The notes under the pieces are model-generated. The model was not told the DNA's origin. It was given only the letters and a program-made list of their open reading frames with translations, and made no database searches. A DNA stretch of 39,613 nt, taken from NCBI GenBank assembly GCA_964217375.1, contig CAXPJQ010000047.1, positions 1-39,613 on the forward strand, read 5' to 3'. The translations under genes and the position numbers were made by a program. Of the stretch, positions 8,882-18,184 are shown piece by piece. Positions within the stretch are counted from its first letter, which is position 1. Every line of letters starts with the position of its first letter. Source of the DNA: Bdellovibrionales bacterium. Lineage in GTDB: Archaea > Nanobdellota > Nanobdellia > Woesearchaeales > UBA583.

Positions 8882-9943
8882 TTATTTATAATATATCACG
8901 CTATTTTTAATTTCTCCATTTTCTAAATATAAAGAAAATATTTTTGCATTTATATCAAATAAATTATTTTTTTTAAGTATTTCTATTTCTTTATTTTCAA
9001 ATGTTTCTATGTAAAATTCATATTTAGTATCAATTAATTTATAATTTCTATATTTTCTAATTCTATCGCATTGTTTATTTTCTAAAATTTTTTGAAGTTC
9101 ACAGGTATTGACTTTTTTATTAAAACTATAAAATTTTTCATAAATTTTAATTTCTCTATACTTTTGATAAATATCAATTCCAAAGTTAGTTAAAATTAAA
9201 TTATTTTCAATTTTTATTTTAAAATATTTTTCAATTAAATCTGCATTTTTTTGAGAATTTTTTTTAAGAGTAAAACCAGGGTAAAATGTTTTTCTTATTA
9301 ATTTATTATTTACATAACTAAATCCAATTGCATATAAAGCAATATCTTTATATATTTCTTGCTTTTTTACAAAGTTAATTAAATCTTTTTCAAAATTAAT
9401 TTCATTTAAAAAATTAACAAATTCTTTTTTTCTATTTTCATTAAATATATAGAAATAAAAAACAAATCTTTTTTTATTTTTTTCTTTAGGAAACATGAAA
9501 TAAGTATTAGGGAATTTCAAAATAAATTTTTTTAATAATTTAAATTCATAAAATTTATCAAAGTATCTATTTTCTTCAATTAACTTTTTTTGTTTTTGTA
9601 AAAGTTCAGTATTTTCTTTTAATTCAAATTTTTTTTTATCTCCCAAAAATGCTAGATACTGAAAATCCATTAATTTTAATAATTCTTCTTCTTTAAATCC
9701 TCTAAATTTAATCTTTTGATTATATAATACTTCTAAATTTTCCAACATTGTAAGTTCTTTTTTTATTATTTTATTTGATAATATATCTAATTCTTTTTCT
9801 TTAACTAGAGTTATTTTGAAGTCATTTTGTTTTAAAAATTGAATTATATCTTTAAATTTTTTAATTACATTTAAATCTAGATATATTTGTGAATCATTTT
9901 TTATATTTTCTATTTTATTTATTGAATTAATTCTCAGAACCAT
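8882..9943 (-). CDS. Hypothetical protein (353 aa)
   Basis: Long ORF, last gene of an overlapping three-gene operon; no confidently recognised family. Confidence 0.75.
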   Translation of the reverse strand: MVLRINSINKIENIKNDSQIYLDLNVIKKFKDIIQFLKQNDFKITLVKEKELDILSNKIIKKELTMLENLEVLYNQKIKFRGFKEEELLKLMDFQYLAFLGDKKKFELKENTELLQKQKKLIEENRYFDKFYEFKLLKKFILKFPNTYFMFPKEKNKKRFVFYFYIFNENRKKEFVNFLNEINFEKDLINFVKKQEIYKDIALYAIGFSYVNNKLIRKTFYPGFTLKKNSQKNADLIEKYFKIKIENNLILTNFGIDIYQKYREIKIYEKFYSFNKKVNTCELQKILENKQCDRIRKYRNYKLIDTKYEFYIETFENKEIEILKKNNLFDINAKIFSLYLENGEIKNSVIYYK

Positions 9944-10412
9944 TTATCAACTCCAGACATTTATCTTTGTAAATATATGTCATGCTACACATTATTGGAT
10001 CTTTAATATATACTGCATATGAATATAGACAATAATATTTATCTTGAGTTAAATCACATTTTTGAATATCTCCTGTCTTTCCAACATATGAGAGTATACA
10101 TTCATTTTGATTTTCTACTTCCTCACATAAAGAAATATCATTTTTAATTATTGCATATGCTATTATACACTTTTGAGAATTCTCTTCATACTGACAAATA
10201 TTAGAATCATTTAAATATATTGCCAAGTTATAATAACAAGACGAATTATTTGATGAATACTTGCAATAAGTATAATTTTTATTCTCTTTTGCAATTTTAA
10301 TTAAACAAAAATCACTCTCACATAATTCTATTAAATCTCTTTGTGGTATAAATGCAATAAGGAGAACAATAATTAAGATTCCAATTCCAAATATTAAATC
10401 TTTTTTATTCAT
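9927..10412 (-). CDS. Membrane-anchored Cys-rich repeat protein
   Basis: N-terminal TM followed by about five 23-aa repeats C-x8-C-x13 (12 Cys). Confidence 0.8.
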   Translation of the reverse strand: MNKKDLIFGIGILIIVLLIAFIPQRDLIELCESDFCLIKIAKENKNYTYCKYSSNNSSCYYNLAIYLNDSNICQYEENSQKCIIAYAIIKNDISLCEEVENQNECILSYVGKTGDIQKCDLTQDKYYCLYSYAVYIKDPIMCSMTYIYKDKCLELINGSEN

Positions 10413-11520
10413 TTTTATCCTCCTTTATATTATTTAAAATATTTTCACTCTCTTCTCTTAAATAGAAATATTTCTGTAGTGTATAATATCCATAAACTAT
10501 TAAAAATAATCCAATTATAATTAAAATTACATTTAAAATTAAATTTTGGAGTATCTTATAGCTCTCAAAAACAACATTTAAACTATTAATTAGAATTAAA
10601 AATCCAAATGATATTGCAACCCAATTATAAAACACTCTAATATTTTTTGGATATAGAAATGAGGTTATGAAAATTCCACAAAATAATCCAATCACGTGAG
10701 CAATTTCTGCTGAATTCATAAAATTGTTTGGTACTAATAATGAAATTGCAAATAAAATTCCAAGAATTAAAATTAGAGGAACTCTAATTACTCCAAATAT
10801 CTTAGTTGTAAGCATTGGTGTTCTCATTAAAAGTGCGCCAAGTAATCCAAATATTCCTGCAGATGCACCAACAACATATGAATTTTCTAAATTAAATAAT
10901 ACTTGAGACATATTTCCAATTATTGCCGATATTAAAAATATTAAAATATATTTACTATGTCCTAGGTATTTTTCAACTAGATGTCCAAGTAATATTAAAA
11001 CTGACAAATTAAGAATTAAATGAGTTAAATTTATGTGAATAAAAATTGAAGATAATATATTTGTTATATTAAAAGTATTTATATTTAAACCATATTTAAC
11101 TAAATTTGTTGTATTTAATTCAAAACTTAATTTATATGATATTATTAAAAATATAAAAATTAAAAGAGTATTAATTATTGGGAATATTGAACTTACATGT
11201 ATTTTTTCATATAAATTTTGTGCAAAATTATTTTTTGGAAATAATTTAATTTCTTCTTTGATTTCATTCATTGCAATTGAATTCTCACCTTCATAAAGTG
11301 CAATTAATCCAAAATATGTATGCACATTTTCAACTTTTCCATCTAACTCTAAAACTTCTTTTAAGTGATGTTTTGCCTTATCCATTTCATTTTTTTCATA
11401 ATAAAATTGTGCAAGTGCTAGAGTTAATGCAATTAATTTTTCTTTATTATTTTCATTTTTTTTATATTCTAATCTAGTTTGATGGTACTCTTTAATTAAT
11501 TCATGAAAATAATCTGACAT
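10405..11520 (-). CDS. Rhomboid intramembrane serine protease with N-terminal TPR region
   Basis: HINLTHLILN (HxxxN), VGASAG (catalytic S), AHVIG (catalytic H); TPR-like LAQFYYEKNEMDKAKHHLKEVLEL. Confidence 0.9.
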   Translation of the reverse strand: MSDYFHELIKEYHQTRLEYKKNENNKEKLIALTLALAQFYYEKNEMDKAKHHLKEVLELDGKVENVHTYFGLIALYEGENSIAMNEIKEEIKLFPKNNFAQNLYEKIHVSSIFPIINTLLIFIFLIISYKLSFELNTTNLVKYGLNINTFNITNILSSIFIHINLTHLILNLSVLILLGHLVEKYLGHSKYILIFLISAIIGNMSQVLFNLENSYVVGASAGIFGLLGALLMRTPMLTTKIFGVIRVPLILILGILFAISLLVPNNFMNSAEIAHVIGLFCGIFITSFLYPKNIRVFYNWVAISFGFLILINSLNVVFESYKILQNLILNVILIIIGLFLIVYGYYTLQKYFYLREESENILNNIKEDKNE

Positions 11521-11610
11521 ATAATATTTTTTAAATAAATTTATTTTATAATAATTTGTTTTTTAAAAATTGAGAAAAAAATATATAAAATAAAAATTTC
11601 AAAATAAATT

Positions 11611-12369
11611 ATGTTTGAGAAAATATTTTTATTTTTTTTACCTTTTATTTTATTTTATTTATATATTCTAACTAAAAAACCAACCAATAAGAAAAATTGG
11701 CAAGATTGGCTTAAAGTTTTTCCTGAAATTAATATTAATGGAGAAAATATCGAAATTAAAAAAGTTAGAAATTTTTTATTTAAATCAAAAGATGTATACA
11801 TTAAAAATTATCTTGATTTTAAGTTTAAATTAAAAGATATTGATAAATTAGATTATTTAATTGAACCATTTTCTAAAATTCATGGAGTTGCACATACTTT
11901 ATTTATTTTCACTTTAAAAAATAAAAAGCAAATTGTAGTTTCAGTTGAAGTTAGAAAAGTTAAAAACCAAGATTTTAGTCTAATTTCAACTTTTTTTAGA
12001 AATTATGAATTAATTTATGTCTTTGCAACTCCAAGAGATGCAATTAATGAGAGAAAATATATTAGGAGGGATCACCTATATTTATATCCAATTAAAGCAG
12101 ATAAAAAGATATTACAAAAATTATTTCTAGATATTTTGCATAGGGCAAAACAAGTTCAAAAAAATCCAGAATTTTATCATCCATGGTTTAATTCATGTAC
12201 ATCTAATTTAATCGATCATGTAAATCATGTCCTTCCCAAAGAAGAAAGAATTAAACAATCTCTTTATACTATTTTACCTAGTTTAACAACTAAAATTTTA
12301 TTTGAACATCACTTCATTTTAAATCAAAAAGAAGGAGATGAAGATATATCTAAATATCAAATAAATTAA
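11611..12369 (+). CDS. DUF4105 (Lnb N-terminal-like) domain protein
   Basis: AHTLFIF, SVEVRK, YELIYV, FYHPWFNSCTSN motifs; N-terminal TM. Confidence 0.8.
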   Translation: MFEKIFLFFLPFILFYLYILTKKPTNKKNWQDWLKVFPEININGENIEIKKVRNFLFKSKDVYIKNYLDFKFKLKDIDKLDYLIEPFSKIHGVAHTLFIFTLKNKKQIVVSVEVRKVKNQDFSLISTFFRNYELIYVFATPRDAINERKYIRRDHLYLYPIKADKKILQKLFLDILHRAKQVQKNPEFYHPWFNSCTSNLIDHVNHVLPKEERIKQSLYTILPSLTTKILFEHHFILNQKEGDEDISKYQIN

Positions 12370-12379
12370 ACTAAGTATC

Positions 12380-12387
12380 TTTATAAA
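12380..12387 (+). promoter_or_regulatory. TATA box (aRF1)
   Basis: TTTATAAA 21 nt before ATG 12409. Confidence 0.55.
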
Positions 12388-12408
12388 TAGATAAGAATTA
12401 TTTTTAAT

Positions 12409-13509
12409 ATGGCAATTAATCTAAATCAGAGATTAAAATTAAAAAAATTAATTAAACAACTTCAATCATTTAGGGCAAGACACACCGAATTAGTTTCAGT
12501 TTATGTTCCCCCTGGTTTTGATTTAACAAAAATCATTCAAAATTTATCCCAAGAGCAAGGAACTGCAACTAATATTAAAGATAAGAATACTGGAAAATCT
12601 GTAATTAATGCACTTGAGAGAATGATTAGAACTCTTAAAACAATTGGTACTACTCCCGAGAATGGTTTAGCTATTTTTTCAGGAAATGTTTCTGAGAGAG
12701 ACAATGTTCAAGATTTTCAAGTTTTTTGGGTTGAACCTCCTGAACCAATTAATTTAAAGTTATATAGATGTGATCAAAAATTTATTACTGATGCTCTTGA
12801 AGAGATTGCATCAAATGAAACAACTTATGCTTTAATTGCAATTGATAAATCTGAGGCAACTATTGCTCTTTTAGTTGGATCTACAGTTAAAATCTTAAAA
12901 AATATGAATTCTACTGTTCCTGGGAAATTCAAAACGGGGGGACAATCTGCTCAAAGGTTTGAGAGGATTAGACGTGATGCTGCAGTGGAGTTTTATAAAA
13001 GAGTTGCAGATGTTTGTATTAATGAATTTACTTATATGAAAGAGTTAAAGGGAATTATTATTGGAGGTCCAGGAACTACAAAACAAAATTTTTTTGATGG
13101 TTCATATCTAAATCAAGAAATTAAACAAAAAGTTTTAGGTATGAAAGATATTACCTACACTAATGCATTTGGAATTAAAGAGTTACTAGATCAATCTGAG
13201 GATTTATTACAAGAAACTGAAGTTATGGAAGAAAAAAAAGTAATTAATAATTTTTTTGAAGCTCTTGCAAAGACTCCATCTTTTGGAGTTTATGGTTTTG
13301 AACAAACTAAAAAAGCTCTTGAGATGTCAGCTGTTGGGGATTTAATTGTAATTGATTCTTTATTTACAGACGATCAAATTGAAGAACTCTCAGAATTACA
13401 AGAAGCATCTGGTGCTACTTTTCATTTAGTTACAGATAAAACTCCTGAAGGAGTCCAATATAAAGGATTAACTGGAGTAGGTGGAATTTTAAGATTTCCA
13501 ATAGAATAA
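12409..13509 (+). CDS. prf1: Peptide chain release factor aRF1
   Basis: TELVSVY, NIKD, YRCDQKF, GGQSAQRFER, GGILRF. Confidence 0.97.
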   Translation: MAINLNQRLKLKKLIKQLQSFRARHTELVSVYVPPGFDLTKIIQNLSQEQGTATNIKDKNTGKSVINALERMIRTLKTIGTTPENGLAIFSGNVSERDNVQDFQVFWVEPPEPINLKLYRCDQKFITDALEEIASNETTYALIAIDKSEATIALLVGSTVKILKNMNSTVPGKFKTGGQSAQRFERIRRDAAVEFYKRVADVCINEFTYMKELKGIIIGGPGTTKQNFFDGSYLNQEIKQKVLGMKDITYTNAFGIKELLDQSEDLLQETEVMEEKKVINNFFEALAKTPSFGVYGFEQTKKALEMSAVGDLIVIDSLFTDDQIEELSELQEASGATFHLVTDKTPEGVQYKGLTGVGGILRFPIE

Positions 13510-13583
13510 TTTTTTTAAAAAAAGAAAAATATTTTTTTCTTTTAAAGAATTAGTTTTGCTGTATTTTAATGGGCGTTTTAATT

Positions 13584-13889
13584 TTATTTTGGTTGTTCTC
13601 TCATTCCATCCTCAGGTATCTGGGGAAGCATATTCTCATTTGGATTCATTGTAAAATTAATTTCACCATTTTCCCTATTCATTGAAGGTCTACTAAAATT
13701 ATTTTCCATGTCTCCAAAACTTTTATTTCCAATCATTTGAGGTTGAACTATTTCTAGATTCTCCTCATTTTGAATTTCATTAATTGTCTCATCATTTACT
13801 ATCTCTTGAGTTTCTTGATTTGAATTAGTACAAGCACTAAAGATAACTAATAATGATACACTTACCACGAATAGAAATTTCTTATTCAT
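13584..13889 (-). CDS. Small putative lipoprotein or secreted protein
   Basis: MNKK + hydrophobic core + FSAC lipobox-like motif, acidic low-complexity body. Confidence 0.6.
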   Translation of the reverse strand: MNKKFLFVVSVSLLVIFSACTNSNQETQEIVNDETINEIQNEENLEIVQPQMIGNKSFGDMENNFSRPSMNRENGEINFTMNPNENMLPQIPEDGMREQPK

Positions 13890-13936
13890 GTAATTATAAT
13901 TAGATTTATTTCCTTTATAAGCAAAATGTATTTTAA

Positions 13937-13951
13937 CAGTAGTTGAACTTT
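13937..13951 (+). repeat. IS left terminal inverted repeat
   Basis: CAGTAGTTGAACTTT. Confidence 0.85.
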
Positions 13952-14045
13952 AGAATTTAACTATCAAAACTACTCTTAGTGACAACTATTTTTAGAATTA
14001 AAAATTGTTTTCGATAGCTTTTTAAAGCCTCGAAAAAATTTTTTC

Positions 14046-15137
14046 ATGGTTTTTTCCACAAAAGTCATGAATTTACTTCCAAAGGAAGTTATTAAGATTA
14101 AGTCTCCATCTTTTAATAAGATGTTGGTTGTTTTAGCTCAAGCTAATCAAGGAATTTGCTTACAACAAGCTTGTGAACAAACGGGAGTATTTGCTCATTC
14201 CAAGCAAATATTAGATTATTTTAAGAGTTTTAAGCTCAAAGAAATTCAAGATTTCTTTTTGTTTACATCTCTTGAGATGTTGAAACAAAGTATACCTAAA
14301 CTTAATTTGAGACAAATTAAGTTAGCAGTTGACATTACTGAAGAAGATTATTATGGTAGCTTAGATAATTTGTATATCTGGAATAGAAATCCTAAAAAAG
14401 CTAAAAATGGTACAACTGGCCATTTTAAATATTTAACAATTAGTTGTACATCCAAAGGATGTAAACTAATTTTATTTAATATGTTACTAGGTCCAGGATA
14501 TCAAGTTGATGAATTAATTCCTTCAGTTTTGAAGGAAATTAAAAAAATTATCCATATCCAACAAGTTACTTTTGATCGTGGTTTTGATAACCATAAACTA
14601 GTTTATGAGTTAGAAAAAATCAAAGTAAATTACATTATTTTTTCAAAGAAAAATAAAGCAACTAAAAAGATTTTTGAGAATATTTGGATAGGTGAATCTT
14701 ATTCAAAGATTCGAACTTTAAAATTCTACAAACTTGGAGAAAAGTATACTTGTGATGCTAAATTTGTTTATATTAAAGCTTTTCAGTTCAAAGAAACTGA
14801 AGAAGCTTATGATTGGATATTTATTACAAATATGTCTTTTAAATCAGTTAGACACACGATTGGGAGCTATCGAAATCGTTGGGGAATTGAAACTACATTT
14901 AGAGTTTTGAAACAAGATTTTAGGATTAAAACATGCTCTAAACACCAGTCAGTTAGACTTATGTGTTTTACATTTTCAATGTTATTTTACAATATTTGGC
15001 AAATTGCCAAATATTTTATCTCAAGAAAAATTAAAGCTAAAAGTTTCTTTGAAACTATAAGATTTGGTTTTAAAATTAAATTTGGATTAAAATATCAGTT
15101 TGAAAAAGAGATACTTGACTTTTTTGGTTTAAGTTAA
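14046..15137 (+). CDS. DDE transposase (ISH3/IS4-like)
   Basis: AVDITEEDYYG (D1), FDRGF (D2), YRNRWGIETTFRVLK (YREK motif, E). Confidence 0.93.
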   Translation: MVFSTKVMNLLPKEVIKIKSPSFNKMLVVLAQANQGICLQQACEQTGVFAHSKQILDYFKSFKLKEIQDFFLFTSLEMLKQSIPKLNLRQIKLAVDITEEDYYGSLDNLYIWNRNPKKAKNGTTGHFKYLTISCTSKGCKLILFNMLLGPGYQVDELIPSVLKEIKKIIHIQQVTFDRGFDNHKLVYELEKIKVNYIIFSKKNKATKKIFENIWIGESYSKIRTLKFYKLGEKYTCDAKFVYIKAFQFKETEEAYDWIFITNMSFKSVRHTIGSYRNRWGIETTFRVLKQDFRIKTCSKHQSVRLMCFTFSMLFYNIWQIAKYFISRKIKAKSFFETIRFGFKIKFGLKYQFEKEILDFFGLS

Positions 15138-15331
15138 CCACTTAAACTTACAAAAATTCAGAGAATTTTGACATCGAACATACTTTTACTATTTCTGATT
15201 TTTGAGATTTCCTCAAAAATATATCTAAAAAAGAATTTTAGCTTTTAATTAAATCAAAATTCGATTGAATTTTGAATATAACCTGATATTTATATCAATA
15301 AATATTGAGAATTAATCTTTTTGAAATCAAA

Positions 15332-15346
15332 AAGGTTCATCTACTG
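15332..15346 (-). repeat. IS right terminal inverted repeat
   Basis: aaggttcatctactg, revcomp CAGTAGATGAACCTT. Confidence 0.85.
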
Positions 15347-15347
15347 A

Positions 15348-15779
15348 TTTCTAGAAAAAAATTTAAAAGTCCCTAGAAGCAATTTATTGTATGAAGAAAC
15401 ATCAAGAGATACTATTGGAAATATAATTGAAGCTCGAAGATTAACTGATACTTTAGGTTTAGAAAATCTATTAGTTTTAACTTCTGATTATCATATGCCA
15501 ATGACAAGAGAAGTTTGTGATATTGTATTTGGACTCCCAAGCTCAAACTCATACAAGATTTCATTTAAACAAACAGGAAATGGAGATTTAACTCCTCAAG
15601 CTATTAAGGAAAGATTAGATTCAGATAAGATTAAAATAGATTATAAGTTAAAAGAATGGGGTTGGAGAGATGTTAGAAGCTTTCCTGAAATGGTGAAAAG
15701 ATTACTAACTTGGCATGGTGCACATAATTTTGAAACTAGTAGTCTTAAAGATCAGCCAGTAAAAATACCTGGATATTAA
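15348..15779 (+). pseudogene. 5'-truncated YdcF/DUF218-family gene
   Basis: Frame is open from the IS end: FLEKNLKVPRSNLLYEETSRDTIGN...VLTSDYHMP; the N-terminal half of the domain is absent. Confidence 0.75.
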
Positions 15780-15854
15780 AAAGATTTTATAATTTTTATA
15801 TTCTTTTATTTCAAAAATTAATTTTTAAAATTCTAGAGAGAGTATTTTATAATT

Positions 15855-15869
15855 AAAAAAAAAAAAAAA
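15855..15869 (-). terminator. Oligo(T) terminator candidate
   Basis: A15 on + (T15 on -) immediately after the stop of the 15870 gene. Confidence 0.5.
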
Positions 15870-17111
15870 TTAATTTAATTTCTCAAGAATTTTATCAAAA
15901 GTATCTTCAATAGATGTTGTTTTAATTTTAGAAGTATATAATTCACCATGTTTATGAAAACCTTTTAATTGTCTTTTAATATCTTCAGGGTCATGCTCAG
16001 GTCTTCTTGAAGATAAAATATGAGCTTCATTATATAAAAAAAATACTTTTGAGGGTTTAGGTAAAAAATATTTATATAAAAATTTTGCAAACTTTTGAGA
16101 AGCATTTGCTGAAGTAATTACATCAATATAAGATCTATCTGCAAAAACAAAATGATTTTTTCTCCTTTTAATAAATGTTGAAAATAAATATCTTAATAAA
16201 TACTCAAAATAATAAACTAAAGGAGTTGCAAAATAAACGAAATTTGAATTATATTTAATAGTGTCAGGTTTTTCTCCCTGTTTTTTTTTAATGTTTGCAG
16301 TTCTTGAAACTAACCAATTAAGAGGTAAATATCTAAATTGGAACCTACCTCCATATTCATACTCTACATTAAGTCCTTTTTTTTTAAAATAATTAGCAAA
16401 ATTAGTAGTAGTAGTTGTTTTACCTGAACCATCAGTACCTATAAAAACTACAAAATCTGAGGCAGGAAGAGATTTGAAAATAGATTCTAGTAAATGAAAG
16501 ATATAAAAAGATTTCTTAACTAAAGGAAAGATAGGATTTTTAAATTTCAAAGAATTTCCAGCTAAATTAAACTTATTATTTTTTAAATATTTTAGAGATA
16601 ATTTTATTGAATCCTTGTAAAAGGTATTTTCTAAAGTTTTTCCTAAATCATTGTAATTAATTGAATCAAAATTACTTAAAATATGTTTTTTAGCTTTTAC
16701 AAAAGGTCTTTTTGTTTTAATTTTATATAAATAAAGTGCAACAATTTGAGAAGGAGATAAAACTGGAATACCTTTAACTTTACTTGCTTTTTTTAGAGTT
16801 TGATTTATATTTAAAAAAGAAGTAAAAGGAGTTTCATATGCATTAAAATGAATATGAAAAACAAATTGAGAATTTGTTTTTAAGTTATGACAATAAATTT
16901 TATGAGAAAATTTTTTAAAAACTCTATACCCTTTTGTATTTAATAAAGAAATGATTCTATCTTCATCTGATTTTTTACATAAAATGTCAATATCATGTGT
17001 ACTTAGTTCATCAAAATAGTTTCTAAATAAAATTAATTTTACTTTATTTTTTAAAAGAAATTGTAAATCGTTTTCAAGTATTTTAAAAATATTTTTTTCT
17101 TTTCTTTCCAT
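15870..17111 (-). CDS. Nucleotidyltransferase-like / thymidylate-kinase-like fusion protein
   Basis: Likely start MERKEK at 17111, which avoids overlap with the divergent GT; N-terminal HDIDIL; C-terminal GTDGSGKTT, FADRSYID, LPKP. Confidence 0.75.
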   Translation of the reverse strand: MERKEKNIFKILENDLQFLLKNKVKLILFRNYFDELSTHDIDILCKKSDEDRIISLLNTKGYRVFKKFSHKIYCHNLKTNSQFVFHIHFNAYETPFTSFLNINQTLKKASKVKGIPVLSPSQIVALYLYKIKTKRPFVKAKKHILSNFDSINYNDLGKTLENTFYKDSIKLSLKYLKNNKFNLAGNSLKFKNPIFPLVKKSFYIFHLLESIFKSLPASDFVVFIGTDGSGKTTTTTNFANYFKKKGLNVEYEYGGRFQFRYLPLNWLVSRTANIKKKQGEKPDTIKYNSNFVYFATPLVYYFEYLLRYLFSTFIKRRKNHFVFADRSYIDVITSANASQKFAKFLYKYFLPKPSKVFFLYNEAHILSSRRPEHDPEDIKRQLKGFHKHGELYTSKIKTTSIEDTFDKILEKLN

Positions 17112-17166
17112 TAAAAAAGTAGGAATATATAAGTTTATAAAGTTTAGGATATATATATAAAATATA

Positions 17167-18180
17167 ATGAATACTAAGATTCCATCTAATTTAAGCTTTG
17201 GAAGAACTCCCAAAAGATTTTGGATTGTTGATAAAACTGCTGAAGCAATAAATGGAGATATATTTGATATCCATGAATTTAGATCTTTTTCTGGACCAAT
17301 TTCAAATATAATTAATCTAATTATTTCTCCATATTATGCTTTAAAAATTCCTAAAAAAGAAATTTATATAGTTGGAGCTCCTGCAGTTATGCTTGCTTTA
17401 AAAATTAAAAGACATATATTTTATCAAAAGTTCAAAATGATTCATTTTGTGAAAAATGATTTTTATAATAGAAATAGACATAAAGGATTAAAAAGAAAGT
17501 TTATGGATTACCTAGCAAAAGATGTTGATGGGGCAATTGTACCTGGGGAAATGATAAAAAAAGAAATTAGAGAAAAATTTAATTTTCCAATAGAAATAAG
17601 TTATCATTTTACTAAAGATGATACTTATTTTAAGATTAAGCCTGACTTAAAAAGTAGAGATGTGATTTCAATTGGAATTCAACCTAAATTAAGAAAAGGA
17701 ACAGATATTTTTTATAAAGTAGCAAAAGAAATGAAAAATAAAAAGTTTTATTTATTAGGAGAGTTTAATATATTAGAAGAAGATTTAAAAAATAAAATAT
17801 CTAATCAAAAAAACATTACTGCTCCAGGATTTGTTCCTCCTAAAGAATATTTGGAAAAAAGTACTTTCTTTCTTTTACCTGGAAGATATGATGCAGGTCC
17901 AATAGCAATCACTGAAGCATTAGCTGCAGGATTAATTCCAATTTGTAGTAATAGTCTTGGAGCTCAAGACCTAGTTAAAAAACTTAGAGAAGATTTAGTA
18001 ATTTCTTCTGAAAACCCTCAAGACTATATAAATAAACTAGATGAATTGACAAACCTTCCTGAAAAAGAAATTGAAAAACTTTCAAATAAAGCAAAAAAGA
18101 TTGCAAATGATTTTAATTTAGAAAATGGTAAAAAAGATTATAGAAATAAATTTTTAAAACTATTAAAAAAAATCAATTAA
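17167..18180 (+). CDS. Glycosyltransferase, GT4-like
   Basis: RKGTD and YDAGPIAITEALAAGLIPI GT-B motif. Confidence 0.85.
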   Translation: MNTKIPSNLSFGRTPKRFWIVDKTAEAINGDIFDIHEFRSFSGPISNIINLIISPYYALKIPKKEIYIVGAPAVMLALKIKRHIFYQKFKMIHFVKNDFYNRNRHKGLKRKFMDYLAKDVDGAIVPGEMIKKEIREKFNFPIEISYHFTKDDTYFKIKPDLKSRDVISIGIQPKLRKGTDIFYKVAKEMKNKKFYLLGEFNILEEDLKNKISNQKNITAPGFVPPKEYLEKSTFFLLPGRYDAGPIAITEALAAGLIPICSNSLGAQDLVKKLREDLVISSENPQDYINKLDELTNLPEKEIEKLSNKAKKIANDFNLENGKKDYRNKFLKLLKKIN

Positions 18181-18184
18181 AAAT

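Larger units (their letters stand above)
13937..15346 (+). mobile_element. Insertion sequence, ISH3-like (IS4 superfamily), 1410 bp
   Basis: Imperfect terminal inverted repeats CAGTAGTTGAACTTT / revcomp CAGTAGATGAACCTT (13/15) enclosing a single DDE transposase; no target-site duplication. Confidence 0.88.

Noticed and set aside
10724-11477. Two short + strand ORFs
   Set aside because: Antisense shadows of the rhomboid gene
17112-17213. N-terminal extension of the 447-aa ORF
   Set aside because: Overlaps the divergent GT4 start and the shared promoter region; ATG 17111 is more plausible
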